The position numbers and the translations under genes were made by a program. 64,000 bases of DNA from Macrostomum lignano (lineage: Eukaryota), in contig NIVC01001533.1 in the NCBI GenBank assembly GCA_002269645.1, positions 208,877 through 272,876 on the forward strand, given 5' to 3'. Numbering within the stretch: the first letter of the stretch is position 1; every line of letters begins with the position of its first letter. Positions 39,001 to 50,852 of this stretch are shown in pieces. A model generated the notes under the pieces. The model had not been told where the DNA came from. It ran no database searches and worked only from the letters and a program-made list of their open reading frames with translations.

Positions 39001-42000
39001 GCTTTAGTAAGGCTAGTGGGGGGGACTTGCTGTCCCAATACCCCTGGCTTTGTAAGGCTATATAATGTTTAACTTATGGCAAAGTGTGGCTGATATGTAT
39101 TAAAAATTCAAGTAACAAATAAAAAAATGTTTAAAAATTCTTGTTTAAAAATTCTTGTTTAAAATGTTTAAAAATGTTTTAAACATGGCAGCTATGCCTA
39201 TAAGCTCCAATATCATATATGCCCAACACCTGTCCAACCCATCCAAACTGGACAGATGAAATGGCTGCCAGCCAAGGTAAGTCTCAAAATTGAAAAAGCA
39301 AAGAATGAAAATTTGGGATAGAAAGAAAGAAAAAAAGAGAAAGGGAAAGAAAAGAAGGAGAAGAGAAAGAAGAAAAGAGAAAAAGACAAGAAAAGTCATA
39401 TACAAAGTAAAAATTAAGTTGCAAACAGGGGAGCTAAGTCACAATCGGGAGGAACTAAGTTGCAATTGCACATAGGTAAGTTGCAAATTTGGACAAAACT
39501 AAGTTGCACTGGATGGGTGAAATTTTGAGGTTGGGCATATATATCCAATATTATAGACACAGCCACCAGACCATGTTTCTAAGTATAAATCCATTCAATA
39601 TTAACAACACAGCCACCCACCATGTCTCTAAGTGTGAACCCATTCAATATTAATGACACAGCCGCTGTGCAAGCTTCATTGACACAATGGCCATCTATAA
39701 GTTTCTGCATTATAGACACAGCCACCGTGTCTCTAAGTGTGGTATTTATTTTAACATTTTGATAATCATTAATATTTAAGCCTACATGAACAAACATTAG
39801 AAAAACTTGGCTATATTATTATAAAATCTTTTGTTAAAAAATTGCTGGAATTTGAATTCTTTTTGTTTTTCAAGTCTAAAAATATGATTCAAGTGAATGA
39901 ATTAATAGTTAAGTATATACTAGCAGCTAAATTATTTATTATAGTTAATCCCTATTGATATAAGTGGACAAAAAGTGTCCAACTGTCCATCGCAATTTTG
40001 GAATTTTGTGGTGTTGCATTGTGGCTTAAGTCAACGCAGGTAGTGTTGCAGGGCAATGTGGTTTTAGATAAATGGCAAGAGTAACTTTGACTGTCTTATT
40101 AAGGCTAAATTAAGGTGAAAGTAGGCGAAATTTGTGTTTTAGCAGTTGTGAAGTTTAGCTAATGTGAAGTTTAGCGCTTGTGAAAGTAGGTGACAAACTC
40201 GTAGCTAATGTGAAGTTTAGCGCTTGTGAAGTTTAGCACTTGTGAAATTTAGCGTTTGTGAAAGTAGGTGGCGAATTTGTAGCTATTATGAAGTTTAGCG
40301 CTTGTGAAGTTTAGCACTTGTGAAATTTAGCGTTTGTGAAAGTAGGTGGCGAATTTGTAGCTATTATGAAGTTTAGCGCTTGTGAAGTTTAGCACTTGTG
40401 AAATTTAGCGTTTGTGAAAGTAGGTGGCGAATTTGTAGCTATTATGAAGTTTAGCGCTTGTGAAGTTTAGCACTTGTGAAATTTAGCGTTTGTGAAAGTA
40501 GGTGGCGAATTTGTAGCTATTATGAAGTTTAGCGCTTGTGAAGTTTAGCACTTGTGAAATTTAGCGTTTGTGAAAGTAGGTGGCGAATTTGTAGCTATTA
40601 TGAAGTTTAGCGCTTGTGAAGTTTAGCACTTGTGAAATTTAGCGTTTGTGAAAGTAGGTGGCGAATTTGTAGCTATTATGAAGTTTAGCGCTTGTGAAGT
40701 TTAGCACTTGTGAAATTTAGCGTTTGTGAAAGTAGGTGGCGAATTTGTAGCTATTATGAAGTTTAGCGCTTGTGAAGTTTAGCACTTGTGAAATTTAGCG
40801 TTTGTGAAAGTAGGTGGCGAATTTGTAGCTATTATGAAGTTTAGCGCTTGTGAAGTTTAGCACTTGTGAAATTTAGCGTTTGTGAAAGTAGGTGGCGAAT
40901 TTGTAGCTATTATGAAGTTTAGCGCTTGTGAAGTTTAGCACTTGTGAAATTTAGCGTTTGTGAAAGTAGGTGGCGAATTTGTAGCTATTATGAAGTTTAG
41001 CGCTTGTGAAGTTTAGCACTTGTGAAATTTAGCGTTTGTGAAAGTAGGTGGCGAATTTGTAGCTATTATGAAGTTTAGCGCTTGTGAAGTTTAGCACTTG
41101 TGAAATTTAGCGTTTGTGAAAGTAGGTGGCGAATTTGTAGCTATTATGAAGTTTAGCGCTTGTGAAGTTTAGCACTTGTGAAATTTAGCGTTTGTGAAAG
41201 TAGGTGGCGAATTTGTAGCTATTATGAAGTTTAGCGCTTGTGAAGTTTAGCACTTGTGAAATTTAGCGTTTGTGAAAGTAGGTGGCGAATTTGTAGCTAT
41301 TATGAAGTTTAGCGCTTGTGAAAGTAAGTGAGTTAGCGGTTATGAAGTTTAGCGCTTGTGAAAGTAGGTGAGTTAGCGCTTATGAAGTTTAGCGCTTGTG
41401 AAGTTTAGCGCTTGTGAAGCCTCCCCCTTTAAATATTGTATATTTGCATTTTTGGATATTAATCTACATTACATAAAACCTTCAACCAATTATAGAATAT
41501 GCTAAAGAAGCATTTGAGCTTACCAAACAGCAGGAGGTTACTAATCAGCTCTCCAATCAGGCCAACATCAAGGTAAGACTTTGTTGCATAAATAATCATG
41601 TAGCTCTGACCAAATGCTTGCTGCAAGTGTTGTTAAATACTTAAATGCTACCCTCACTACTACCATCACTATCGCAGCAATATGAGCTACAAATCGAACA
41701 GATGAAAGGCGAACAAATTCGAGTTCAAGAAGATGAGAGAAGGAAAACTCTTCTAGAAGAGGCTCGAATGAAGAAGGCCCGCGAAGAATACCAGGACCAG
41801 TTGGCCAGGCAGCGCCATCAGGATCAGCTGGCTACGAAGGCTCGAGCCGAAGAAGACAGCCTCCGTCGTCAGGAAGAGTCCATCCAGCGGCAGGAGGCAC
41901 TGCGCCGGCAAACAGTCGAGTATGAGCAGGACCTGCGCTACAAGAACGATATGAAACTGTTGGAGGCCAGGCTGCGCGGCGAGGCTCAGGTTGAGCGCGA

Positions 42001-45000
42001 GAATCGCGACGTCCGATTGGAACAGGTTGGCTAAGCTTGCTTTGTGGGTTCGCAATTCTTTTATTAGAGACAGGGAGCTGTGTGCACCCTGGCGCACTTT
42101 AAGCGACATTGTCACACAACCGGCGAGAGGTATTACTGCCAATTCCGTACGCAGTCATACGCACAGGCACACTGTGCCTTGGGGGTTGGTCACCAAGACC
42201 GCTAATTGCACGAGCAGAGCCAAGCCGAGATTCCAATTTAGCCCCAAATTAATGTGACTGCACTTGGAATCGAGCCTGGGTCGCTGGCACATCAGAGCGC
42301 CGCGCTAGACCACTATAGGCTCCTTTGGCTTTTGGAAGCTTTTAGAAAAGTTAAGCAAAGTTGGTTCCGGTAAGTACCCAACTGAATGGGCTATTGGCAT
42401 TACCTTTCAAAGCAGTCTTAAAATTGAAATGAAGTTGAGCTCCAGTTCAGAGTAACAGCCTTAAGCTGTGCCTGTGGTAGAATTAATTCAGGGTGGAATC
42501 GAACCCGGCTATTTTGACGCGTTTACCGCTGAGCTGCTCTGCCCCCCCCCCCGAGCGCATTTTAGCGCTGCTGTAGAAATACTCCTCGTGCATCAGCAAG
42601 GGCATAAAACAGGGGTGGGCTAGCTCCGGCCCGCAAAGCCTCTCTATCCGGCCCTCGGGTCCTTGGACACTTTAGAATGGCAATCCGGCCCGCTTAAGGT
42701 TTGTCTCTTCTCAGTTATCTCTCCTGCTCTCCTCTCTTCTCCACTCCTGTCTACTCTCATCTCCTCTCCCTCTCCTCTCTTCTCTCCTCTCAGCTCCTCT
42801 ACTCTACTCTCTCATCTCCTCTCATCTCCTCTTATCTCCTTTCGTTTCACTCACCTTAGATTAGAAAGACAGGGCCGTGAGGAATGGGCTGAATCGCCTC
42901 AGCGCCGGTTGTGGGACGATGTCGCCGAAGGTGCCCACTGCCTTTCTGCGATTATTATTGCTAATATTATTATATTATTTCTATTATCCCACAATAACCA
43001 TTTCCCAGGTCAAGGCCAAAGCCGTAGAAGATCGGGCCACCTGGCAGGAGTCGCTGCGCACAAGCGGCGACCTGGTTGCTAAGGCCTACCACGCCCTATT
43101 TGCTGATTGGACTCGAACTGTACGAACGGTAGCCCAGGTGGGCCTGCTAGCCGGCAGCATCTACGGCGTCAAATACGGCCTCGGGGTTGGATTTCGCGCG
43201 GCCGAAGCTCGAATTGGCAAGCCGTCGCTGGTGCGCCAGACCTCCAGGTTGAACGCCGTAGACTTGGTGAAATCTCCCGTGCTAACTGCGCGCCGGTTTG
43301 TTTCTAAACCGTCCGACGCTCTGAAGGGCATTATACTCAAGCCCGAGCTGGAGGCCAGACTGCGCGAGGTTGCCATAGCAACTAGGCACACTAAGAAGAA
43401 TAACGGATATTATAGGAATCTGTTGATGTGCGGACCGCCTGGCACCGGAAAGACTATGTTTGTTAAGGTGAGCTCTATACTATTATTAATTGCTTCTTCT
43501 AGGAGCAGAAACTGTACCAATTGCCTTAGAAAACTACTAGTGATAGTCTACTGGGCACGCCCGTTGAAAAGAAGTTGCAATATATTTGATTAATCTATTT
43601 GGCAGAGCTTGGCGCTGCACTCTGGCATGGACTATGCTATCATGACTGGAGGCGATGTGGCTCCCATGGGCAAGGAGGGCGTCACCGCTGTGCACAAAGT
43701 GTTCGACTGGGCTAGCACTAGCCGGAGAGGGTGAGCTGAGTCTACTACTACTGTCAGTAGCTTGTGGCATGTCTTGCAGTTTTATTGTCCATTATATAAG
43801 ATTCAGCTTATAGTCAAAGGTGTATAGAATCGCTGAAACAAGTAGGATAGAATCCCTGCCACAAGTAGGATAGAATCCCTGCCACAAGTAGGATAGAATC
43901 GCTGACACAAGTAGGATAGAATCCCTGCCTCAAGTAGGATAGAATCGCTGAAACAAGTAGGATAGAATCCCTGCCACAAGTAGAATAGAATGACTGACAC
44001 AAGTAGAATAGAATGACTGACACAAGTAGGATAGAATGACTGACACAAGTAAGATAGAATGACTGACACAAGTAGTATAGAATGGCTGACACAAGTAGGA
44101 TAGAATGACTGACACAAGTAGTATAGAATGGCTGACACAAGTAGGATAGACTGACTGACACAAGTAGGATAGAATGGCTGCCACAAGTATGATAGAATGG
44201 CTGACACAAGTAGGATAGAATCGCTGACACAAGTAGGATAGAATGGCTGACACAAGTAGGATAGGATCGCTGACACAAGTAGGATAGAATCGCTGACACA
44301 AGTAGGATAGGATCGCTGACACAAGTAGGATAGGATCGCTGACACAAGTAGGATAGAATGACTGACACAAGTAGGATAGAATCGCTGACACAAGTAGGAT
44401 AGTATCGCTGACACAAGTAGGATAGAATGACTGACACAAGTAGGATAGAATCGCTGACACAAGTAGGATAGAATCGCTGATACAAGTAGGATAGAATCCC
44501 TGCCACAAGTAGGATAGACTGACTGACACAAGTAGGATAGAATGACTGACACAAGTAGGATAGAATGACTGACACAAGTAGGATAGAATGACTGACACAA
44601 GTAGGATAGAATGACTGACACAAGTAGGATAGAATGACTGACACAAGTAGGATAGAATGACTGACACAAGTAGGATAGAATGACTGACACAAGTAGGATA
44701 GAATGACTGACACAAGTAGGATAGAATGACTGACACAAGTAGGATAGAATCGCTGACACAAGTAGGATAGAATCGCTGATACAAGTAGGATAGAATCCCT
44801 GCCACAAGTAGGATAGACTGACTGACACAAGTAGGATAGAATGACTGACACAAGTAGGATAGAATGACTGACACAAGTAGGATAGAATGACTGACACAAG
44901 TAGGATAGACTGACTGACACAAGTAGGATAGAATGACTGCCACAAGTAGGATAGAATGGCTGACACAAGTAGGATAGAATGGCTGCCACAAGCATGATAG

Positions 45001-47964
45001 AATGGCTGACACAAGTAGGATAGAATCGCTGACACAAGTAGGATAGAATCGCTGACACAAGTAGGATAGGATCGCTGACACAAGTAGGATAGAATGACTG
45101 ACACAAGTAGGATAGAATCGCTGACACAAGTAGGATAGAATCGCTGACACAAGTAGGATAGAATCCCTGCCACAAGTAGGATAGAATGACTGACACAAGT
45201 AGGATAGACTGACTGACACAAGTAGGATAGAATGACTGACACAAGTAGGATAGAATGACTGACACAAGTAGGATAGAATGAGTGACACAAGTAAGATAGA
45301 ATCGCTGACACAAGTAAGATAGAATCGCTGACACAAATAAGATAGAATCGCCAATTAGATAGAATATAGAATATAATAGACTATAGACCAATTTAGATTT
45401 TAGCCTGCGGCCTCTCACTCCCGTCTTTCAAGCGTTCTTCTATTCGTTGACGAGGCCGACGCATTCCTGCGCAAGCGCAGTCAGGAGCGCATTAGCGAAG
45501 ACATGCGCGCAACGCTGAACGCTTTTCTCTATCGGACTGGCGAACAGTCGCAGAAGTTCATGCTAGTGTTGGCGTCCAATCAGCCTGAGCAGCTGGACTG
45601 GGCCATCAATGACCGGGTGGACGAGATTGTGGAATTCGACCTGCCTGATCTAGCCGAGCGAGAGAGGCTGGTTGCTCATTATTATGAAAAGTACGTTTGA
45701 CTCGGGCCTGATCTCTGGGGCACGGATTGTGACAGGAGATTGTTTAGTGTGGTTCTCCTTCGCCTAAAAACTGAGGATCGGGTTTGATATTTCAACTGAA
45801 AAATGAGGTTCCACCTAAATATTGGACATGGGACCGAATTCATTTTCGCAGGCCTTGGGGATGGGACTGAGAGCCCCACCTAAATATCGGGGTGGGACTG
45901 AGAGCCCCACCTAAATATCGGAATGGGACTGGGAGTCCTCCTAAATATCGGGAGTGGGACTCGGAGTCCACCTAAATATCGGGATGGGACTGGGAGTCCA
46001 CCTAAATATCGAGATGGGACTCGGAGTCCACCTAAATATCGGGGGAGACTGAGAGCCCACCTAAATATCGAGATGGGACTCGGAGTCCACCTAAATATCG
46101 GGGGAGACTGAGAGCCCACCTAAATATCGAGATGGGACTCGGAGTCCACCTAAATATCGGGGGAGACTGAGAGCCCACCTAAATATCGGGAGTGGGACTC
46201 GGGAGTCCACCTAAATATCGGGATGGGACTAGGAGCCCACCTAAATATATGGGACTGGAATCTACCTAAATATGAGGATAGGACTGGGAGTCCACCTAAA
46301 TTTGAGGATGGGACTGGAATCCACCTAAATATTAGGATGGGACTGGGAGTCCACCTAAATATGGGTGGTGGGACTGGAATCCACCTAAATATGAGTGGTG
46401 GGACTGGAATCCACCTAAATATGAGGATGGGACTGGGAGTCCACCTAAATATCGGGATGGGACTGAGAGCCCACCTAAATATCGGGATGGGACTGGGAGT
46501 CCAACTAAATATCGGGATGGGACTGGGAGTCCACCTAAATATCGGGATGGGACTGGGAGTCCACCTAAATATCGGGATGGGACTGGGAGTCCACCTAAAT
46601 ATCGGGAGTGAGACTCGGAGTCCACCTAAATATCGGGATGGGACTGGGATTCCACCTAAATATGGGGATGGGACTGGGAGCCCACCTAAATATCCGGATG
46701 GGACTGGGAGTCCACCTAAATATGGGGATGGGACTGGGAGCCCACCTAAATATCCGGATGGGACTGGGAGTCCACCTAAATATGGGGATGGGACTGGGAG
46801 CCCACCTAAATATCCGGATGGGACTGGGAGTCCACCTAAATATGGGGATGGGCTGGGAGTCCACCTAAATATCTGGATGGGACTGGGAGTCCACCTAAAT
46901 ATCCGGATGGGACTGGGAGTCCACCTAAATATCCGGATGGGACTGGGAGTCCACCTAAATATGGGGATGGGACTGGGAGCCCACCTACATATCCGGATGG
47001 GACTGGGAGTCCACCTAAATATCGGGATGGGACTGGGAGCCCATCTAAATATCGGGATGGGACTGGGATTCCACCTAAATATGGGGATGGGACTGGGAGC
47101 CCACCTAAATATCCGGATGGGACTGGGAGTCCACCTAAATATGGGGATGGGACTGGGAGCCCACCTAAATATCCGGATGGGACTGGGAGTCCACCTAAAT
47201 ATGGGGATGGGACTGGGAGCCCACCTAAATATCCGGATGGGACTGGGAGTCCACCTAAATATGGGGATGGGCTGGGAGTCCACCTAAATATCTGGATGGG
47301 ACTGGGAGTCCACCTAAATATCCGGATGGGACTGGGAGTCCACCTAAATATCCGGATGGGACTGGGAGTCCACCTAAATATGGGGATGGGACTGGGAGCC
47401 CACCTAAATATCGGGATGGGACTGGGAGTCCACCTAAATATCGGGATGGGACTGGGAGCCCATCTAAATATCGGGATGGGACTGGGAGTCCACCTAAATA
47501 TCGGGGGTGAGACTGGGGCTCACCTATTGTAGATATTGGAGATGGGATTCAGTGGTCCGCCTGAAAATGGTTCGTGGTTCAGTGGTTCGTCACAACACAG
47601 CAGTATAATAATCCTCGCTCCCTGATTTAGGTACGTACTGCAGCCGTCCATAGACAAGCGCAACAAAATCACCGTGGACCCCAGCATCGATCACACGGCC
47701 AAGTGTCGCGAAATTGCCGCCAAAACTGCCGGCTTATCTGGCCGAGAGATCTCCAAGATTGCCGTGGCCTGGCAGGCGGCCGCCTACGCTTCAGAGACTG
47801 GCGTGATCGATGCCAACCTGCTAGACGAGAAGGTCGCCCTGTCCGTGGCCGCCCACGCCAAGAAGGTGCAGTGGGCGATGCACACTCTGCCATTGGAGTC
47901 GGCTCCAGATGCTACTGCCGGCTCTAAGCGAGACTATCTGTCGCCGAGTGTGCCGACATCTTGA
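33037..47964 (+). CDS. ATAD3: Mitochondrial AAA+ ATPase ATAD3, 597 aa, 7 exons
   Basis: Exons 33037-33229, 41496-41572, 41678-42025, 43009-43467, 43606-43730, 45433-45690, 47631-47964 (1794 nt, phases consistent). MSWIFG N-terminus, [17 protein letters not shown], coiled coil, Walker [26 protein letters not shown], Walker [26 protein letters not shown]. Confidence 0.95.
34575..35205. repeat. CT-rich tract (34575-35005) directly followed by a GA-rich tract (35045-35205)
   Basis: Direct reading; source of spurious L/S-rich and R/E-rich ORFs. Confidence 0.85.
35238..36063. repeat. Long inverted repeat: 35238-35444 and 35857-36063
   Basis: Arms of about 207 bp with about 8 mismatches by manual alignment. 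Confidence 0.93.
36085..36155 (-). mobile_element. hAT/Charlie-like terminal fragment; related end at 42610-42690
   Basis: Reverse complement CAGGGGTTGGCAAACTCCGGCTCGCGAAGCCCCTCTATCTGGCCC aligns to CAGGGGTGGGCTAGCTCCGGCCCGCAAAGCCTCTCTATCCGGCCC at 42610. Confidence 0.55.
36334..36680. repeat. 21-22-bp minisatellite (TTTTGCGACTTACCTAATCC)n inside the 2.9-kb element
   Basis: About 16 units. Confidence 0.93.
38041..39106. mobile_element. Foldback-like element in ATAD3 intron 1
   Basis: Outer arms 38041-38152 and 39000-39106 are inverted; inner AATTTGCC repeats (about 38300-38555) are mirrored by GGCAAATT repeats (about 38730-38960). Confidence 0.75.
40140..41420. repeat. 78-bp higher-order minisatellite built from 16-bp TGAAGTTTAGCGCTTG subunits
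   Basis: AAAGTAGGTG recurs with period 78 (40261, 40339...); about 14 units. Confidence 0.96.
42075..42314 (-). mobile_element. SINE family B, second copy (ATAD3 intron 3)
   Basis: Homologous to 31043-31238. Confidence 0.65.
43822..45350. repeat. 23-bp minisatellite (TGACACAAGTAGGATAGAATCGC)n filling ATAD3 intron 5
   Basis: About 65 units. Confidence 0.97.
45805..47525. repeat. 30-bp minisatellite (GGGACTGGGAGTCCACCTAAATATCGGGAT)n filling ATAD3 intron 6
   Basis: About 55 units. Confidence 0.97.
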
Positions 47965-48474
47965 ATGCAATCGTTAGAACTATCTCCGATGGTTTGTGTC
48001 TTTTATATACAATTTATAAACTGTTTGCTAGGTACAATTTTCCAACTTTATGAATCATTTATTAGCAGTCTGTCGTATTGCTTGAATACACTTTTTAATA
48101 GCTAAAAAATAATGTTAGTGCAAGTTGTGAGCTAATTTTTTATAAACTTGCATTTTCAATTACTGGCGCATTCTGAGACAGTCCAACCAGCTTATTGACT
48201 CCTCACTGACGCCTGTTGTCATTGACAACCGTCTCCAATGCCCACAAACCTTACTTAATCTATAGCACCATCTTGTTCAACCCTGAGTCGAGTAGAGGCA
48301 AATAATTATTGTTTCTGGTTATTGCTTTGCTTATATTCTCTAGGCTGACTATTTGAATTTAACTATATTTTTAGCTTTGAATTTGTTAAATAAAACCAAT
48401 AAGCCATTTGGCCAACTCTCATTGCAGTTTTCTTCTTTTATTTCAAACTAGGTATTCTTGCGGTCTTAGAAATT

Positions 48475-50726
48475 GGTAGATAGCGGCTGTTACTGCAGGA
48501 GCTACTGAATGGGGGCAGGGTAGATAGCGGCTGTCTCAGCAGTAGCTACTGAATGGGGGCAGGGTAGATAGCAGCTGTCACTGTCTCATCAGTAGCTACT
48601 GAATGGGGGCAGGGTAGATAGCGGCTGTCACTGCAGTAGCTACTGAATTGGGGCAGGGTAGATAGCAGCTGTCACTGCAGTAGCTACTGAATGGGGGCAG
48701 GGTAGATAGCAGCTGTCACTGCAGTAGCTACTGAATGGGGGCAGGGTAGATAGCAGCTGTCACTGCAGTAGCTACTGAATGGGGGCAGGGTAGATAGCAG
48801 CTGTCACTGCAGTAGCTACTGAATGGGGGCAGGGTTGATAGCAGCTGTCACTGCAGTAGCTACTGAATGGGGGCAGGGTAGATAGCGGCTGTCTCAGCAG
48901 TAGCTACTGAATGGGGGCAGGGTAGATAGCAGCTGTCTCAGCAGTAGCTACTGAATGGGGGCAGGGTAGATAGCAGCTGTCTCAGCAGTAGCTACTGTAT
49001 GGGGCAGGGTAGATAGCAGCTGTCTCAGCAGTAGCTACTGTATGGGGGCAGGGTAGATAGCGGCTGTCTCATCAGTAGCTACTGTATGGGGGCAGGGTAG
49101 ATAGCGGCTGTCTCATTAGTAGCTACTGTATGGGGGCAGGGTAGATAGCGGCTGTCTCATCAGTAGCTACTGTATGGGGGCAGGGTAGATAGCAGCTGTC
49201 TCAGCAGTAGCTACTGTATGGGGGCAGGGTTGATAGCGGCTGTCTCAGCAGTAGCTACTGAATGGGGGCAGGGTAGATAGCAGCTGTCTCAGCAGTAGCT
49301 ACTGTATGGGGGCAGGGTAGATAGCAGCTGTCTCAGCAGTAGCTACTGTATGGGGGCAGGGTAGATAGCAGCTGTCTCAGCAGTAGCTACTGAATGGGGG
49401 CAGGGTAGATAGCGGCTGTCTCATCAGTAGCTACTGTATGGGGGCAGGGTAGATAGCGGCTGTCTCATCAGTAGCTACTGTATGGGGGCAGGGTAGATAG
49501 CGGCTGTCTCAGCAGTAGCTACTGAATGGGGGCAGGGTAGATAGCGGCTGTCTCATTAGTAGCTACTGTATGGGGGCAGGGTAGATAGCGGCTGTCTCAT
49601 CAGTAGCTACTGTATGGGGGCAGGGTAGATAGCAGCTGTCTCAGCAGTAGCTACTGTATGGGGGCAGGGTAGATAGCAGCTGTCTCAGCAGTAGCTACTG
49701 TATGGGGGCAGGGTAGATAGCAGCTGTCTCAGCAGTAGCTACTGAATGGGGGCAGGGTAGATAGCGGCTGTCTCAGCAGTAGCTACTGTATGGGGGCAGG
49801 GTAGATAGCGGCTGTCTCAGCAGTAGCTACTGAATGGGGGCAGGGTAGATAGCAGCTGTCTCAGCAGTAGCTACTGTGGGGGCAGGGTAGATAGCGGCTG
49901 TCTCAGCAGTAGCTACTGTATGGGGGCAGGGTAGATAGCGGCTGTCTCATCAGTAGCTACTGTATGGGGGCAGGGTAGATAGCAGCTGTCTCAGCAGTAG
50001 CTACTGAATGGGGGCAGGGTAGATAGCAGCTGTCTCAGCAGTAGCTACTGTATGGGGGCAGGGTAGATAGCAGCTGTCTCAGCAGTAGCTACTGAATGGG
50101 GGCAGGGTAGATAGCAGCTGTCTCAGCAGTAGCTACTGAATGGGGGCAGGGTAGATAGCAGCTGTCTCAGCAGTAGCTACTGTATGGGGGCAGGGTAGAT
50201 AGCAGCTGTCTCAGCAGTAGCTACTGAATGGGGGCAGGGTAGATAGCAGCTGTCTCAGCAGTAGCTACTGTATGGGGGCAGGGTAGATAGCGGCTGTCTC
50301 ATCAGTAGCTACTGTATGGGGGCAGGGTAGATAGCAGCTGTCTCAGCAGTAGCTACTGAATAGGGGCAGGGTAGATAGCAGCTGTCTCAGCAGTAGCTAC
50401 TGTATGGGGGCAGGGTAGATAGCAGCTGTCTCAGCAGTAGCTACTGAATGGGGGCAGGGTAGATAGCAGCTGTCTCAGCAGTAGCTACTGTATGGGGGCA
50501 GGGTAGATAGCAGCTGTCTCAGCAGTAGCTACTGAATGGGGGCAGGGTAGATAGCAGCTGTCTCAGCAGTAGCTACTGTATGGGGGCAGGGTAGATAGCA
50601 GCTGTCTCAGCAGTAGCTACTGAATGGGGCAGGGTAGATAGCAGCTGTCTCAGCAGTAGCTACTGAATGGGGGCAGGGTAGATAGCAGCTGTCTCAGCAG
50701 TAGCTACTGAATGGGGGCAGGGTAGA
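48475..50726. repeat. 44-bp minisatellite (GGGCAGGGTAGATAGCAGCTGTCTCAGCAGTAGCTACTGAATGG)n between ATAD3 and the Kelch gene
   Basis: About 51 units. Confidence 0.97.
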
Positions 50727-50852
50727 CAGGCTGCTCTAGCTCAGCAGCCATCGAGCCTGCTAAAAGCGGAGCTGCATTAAACTCTGTGTTGCAATTGTCT
50801 GCATGCCAATCGCATTAGTTGGGCACGATCCGCAGCCTGCGGCAACTCGCAC

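Noticed and set aside
36085-42690. hAT-like ends at 36155 and 42610 as a single element
   Set aside because: They face away from each other, share no TSD, and ATAD3 exons lie between them
48475-50726. CRISPR-like appearance of regularly spaced 20-49-bp repeats
   Set aside because: Units are contiguous with no unique spacers, no cas genes are present, and the context is eukaryotic
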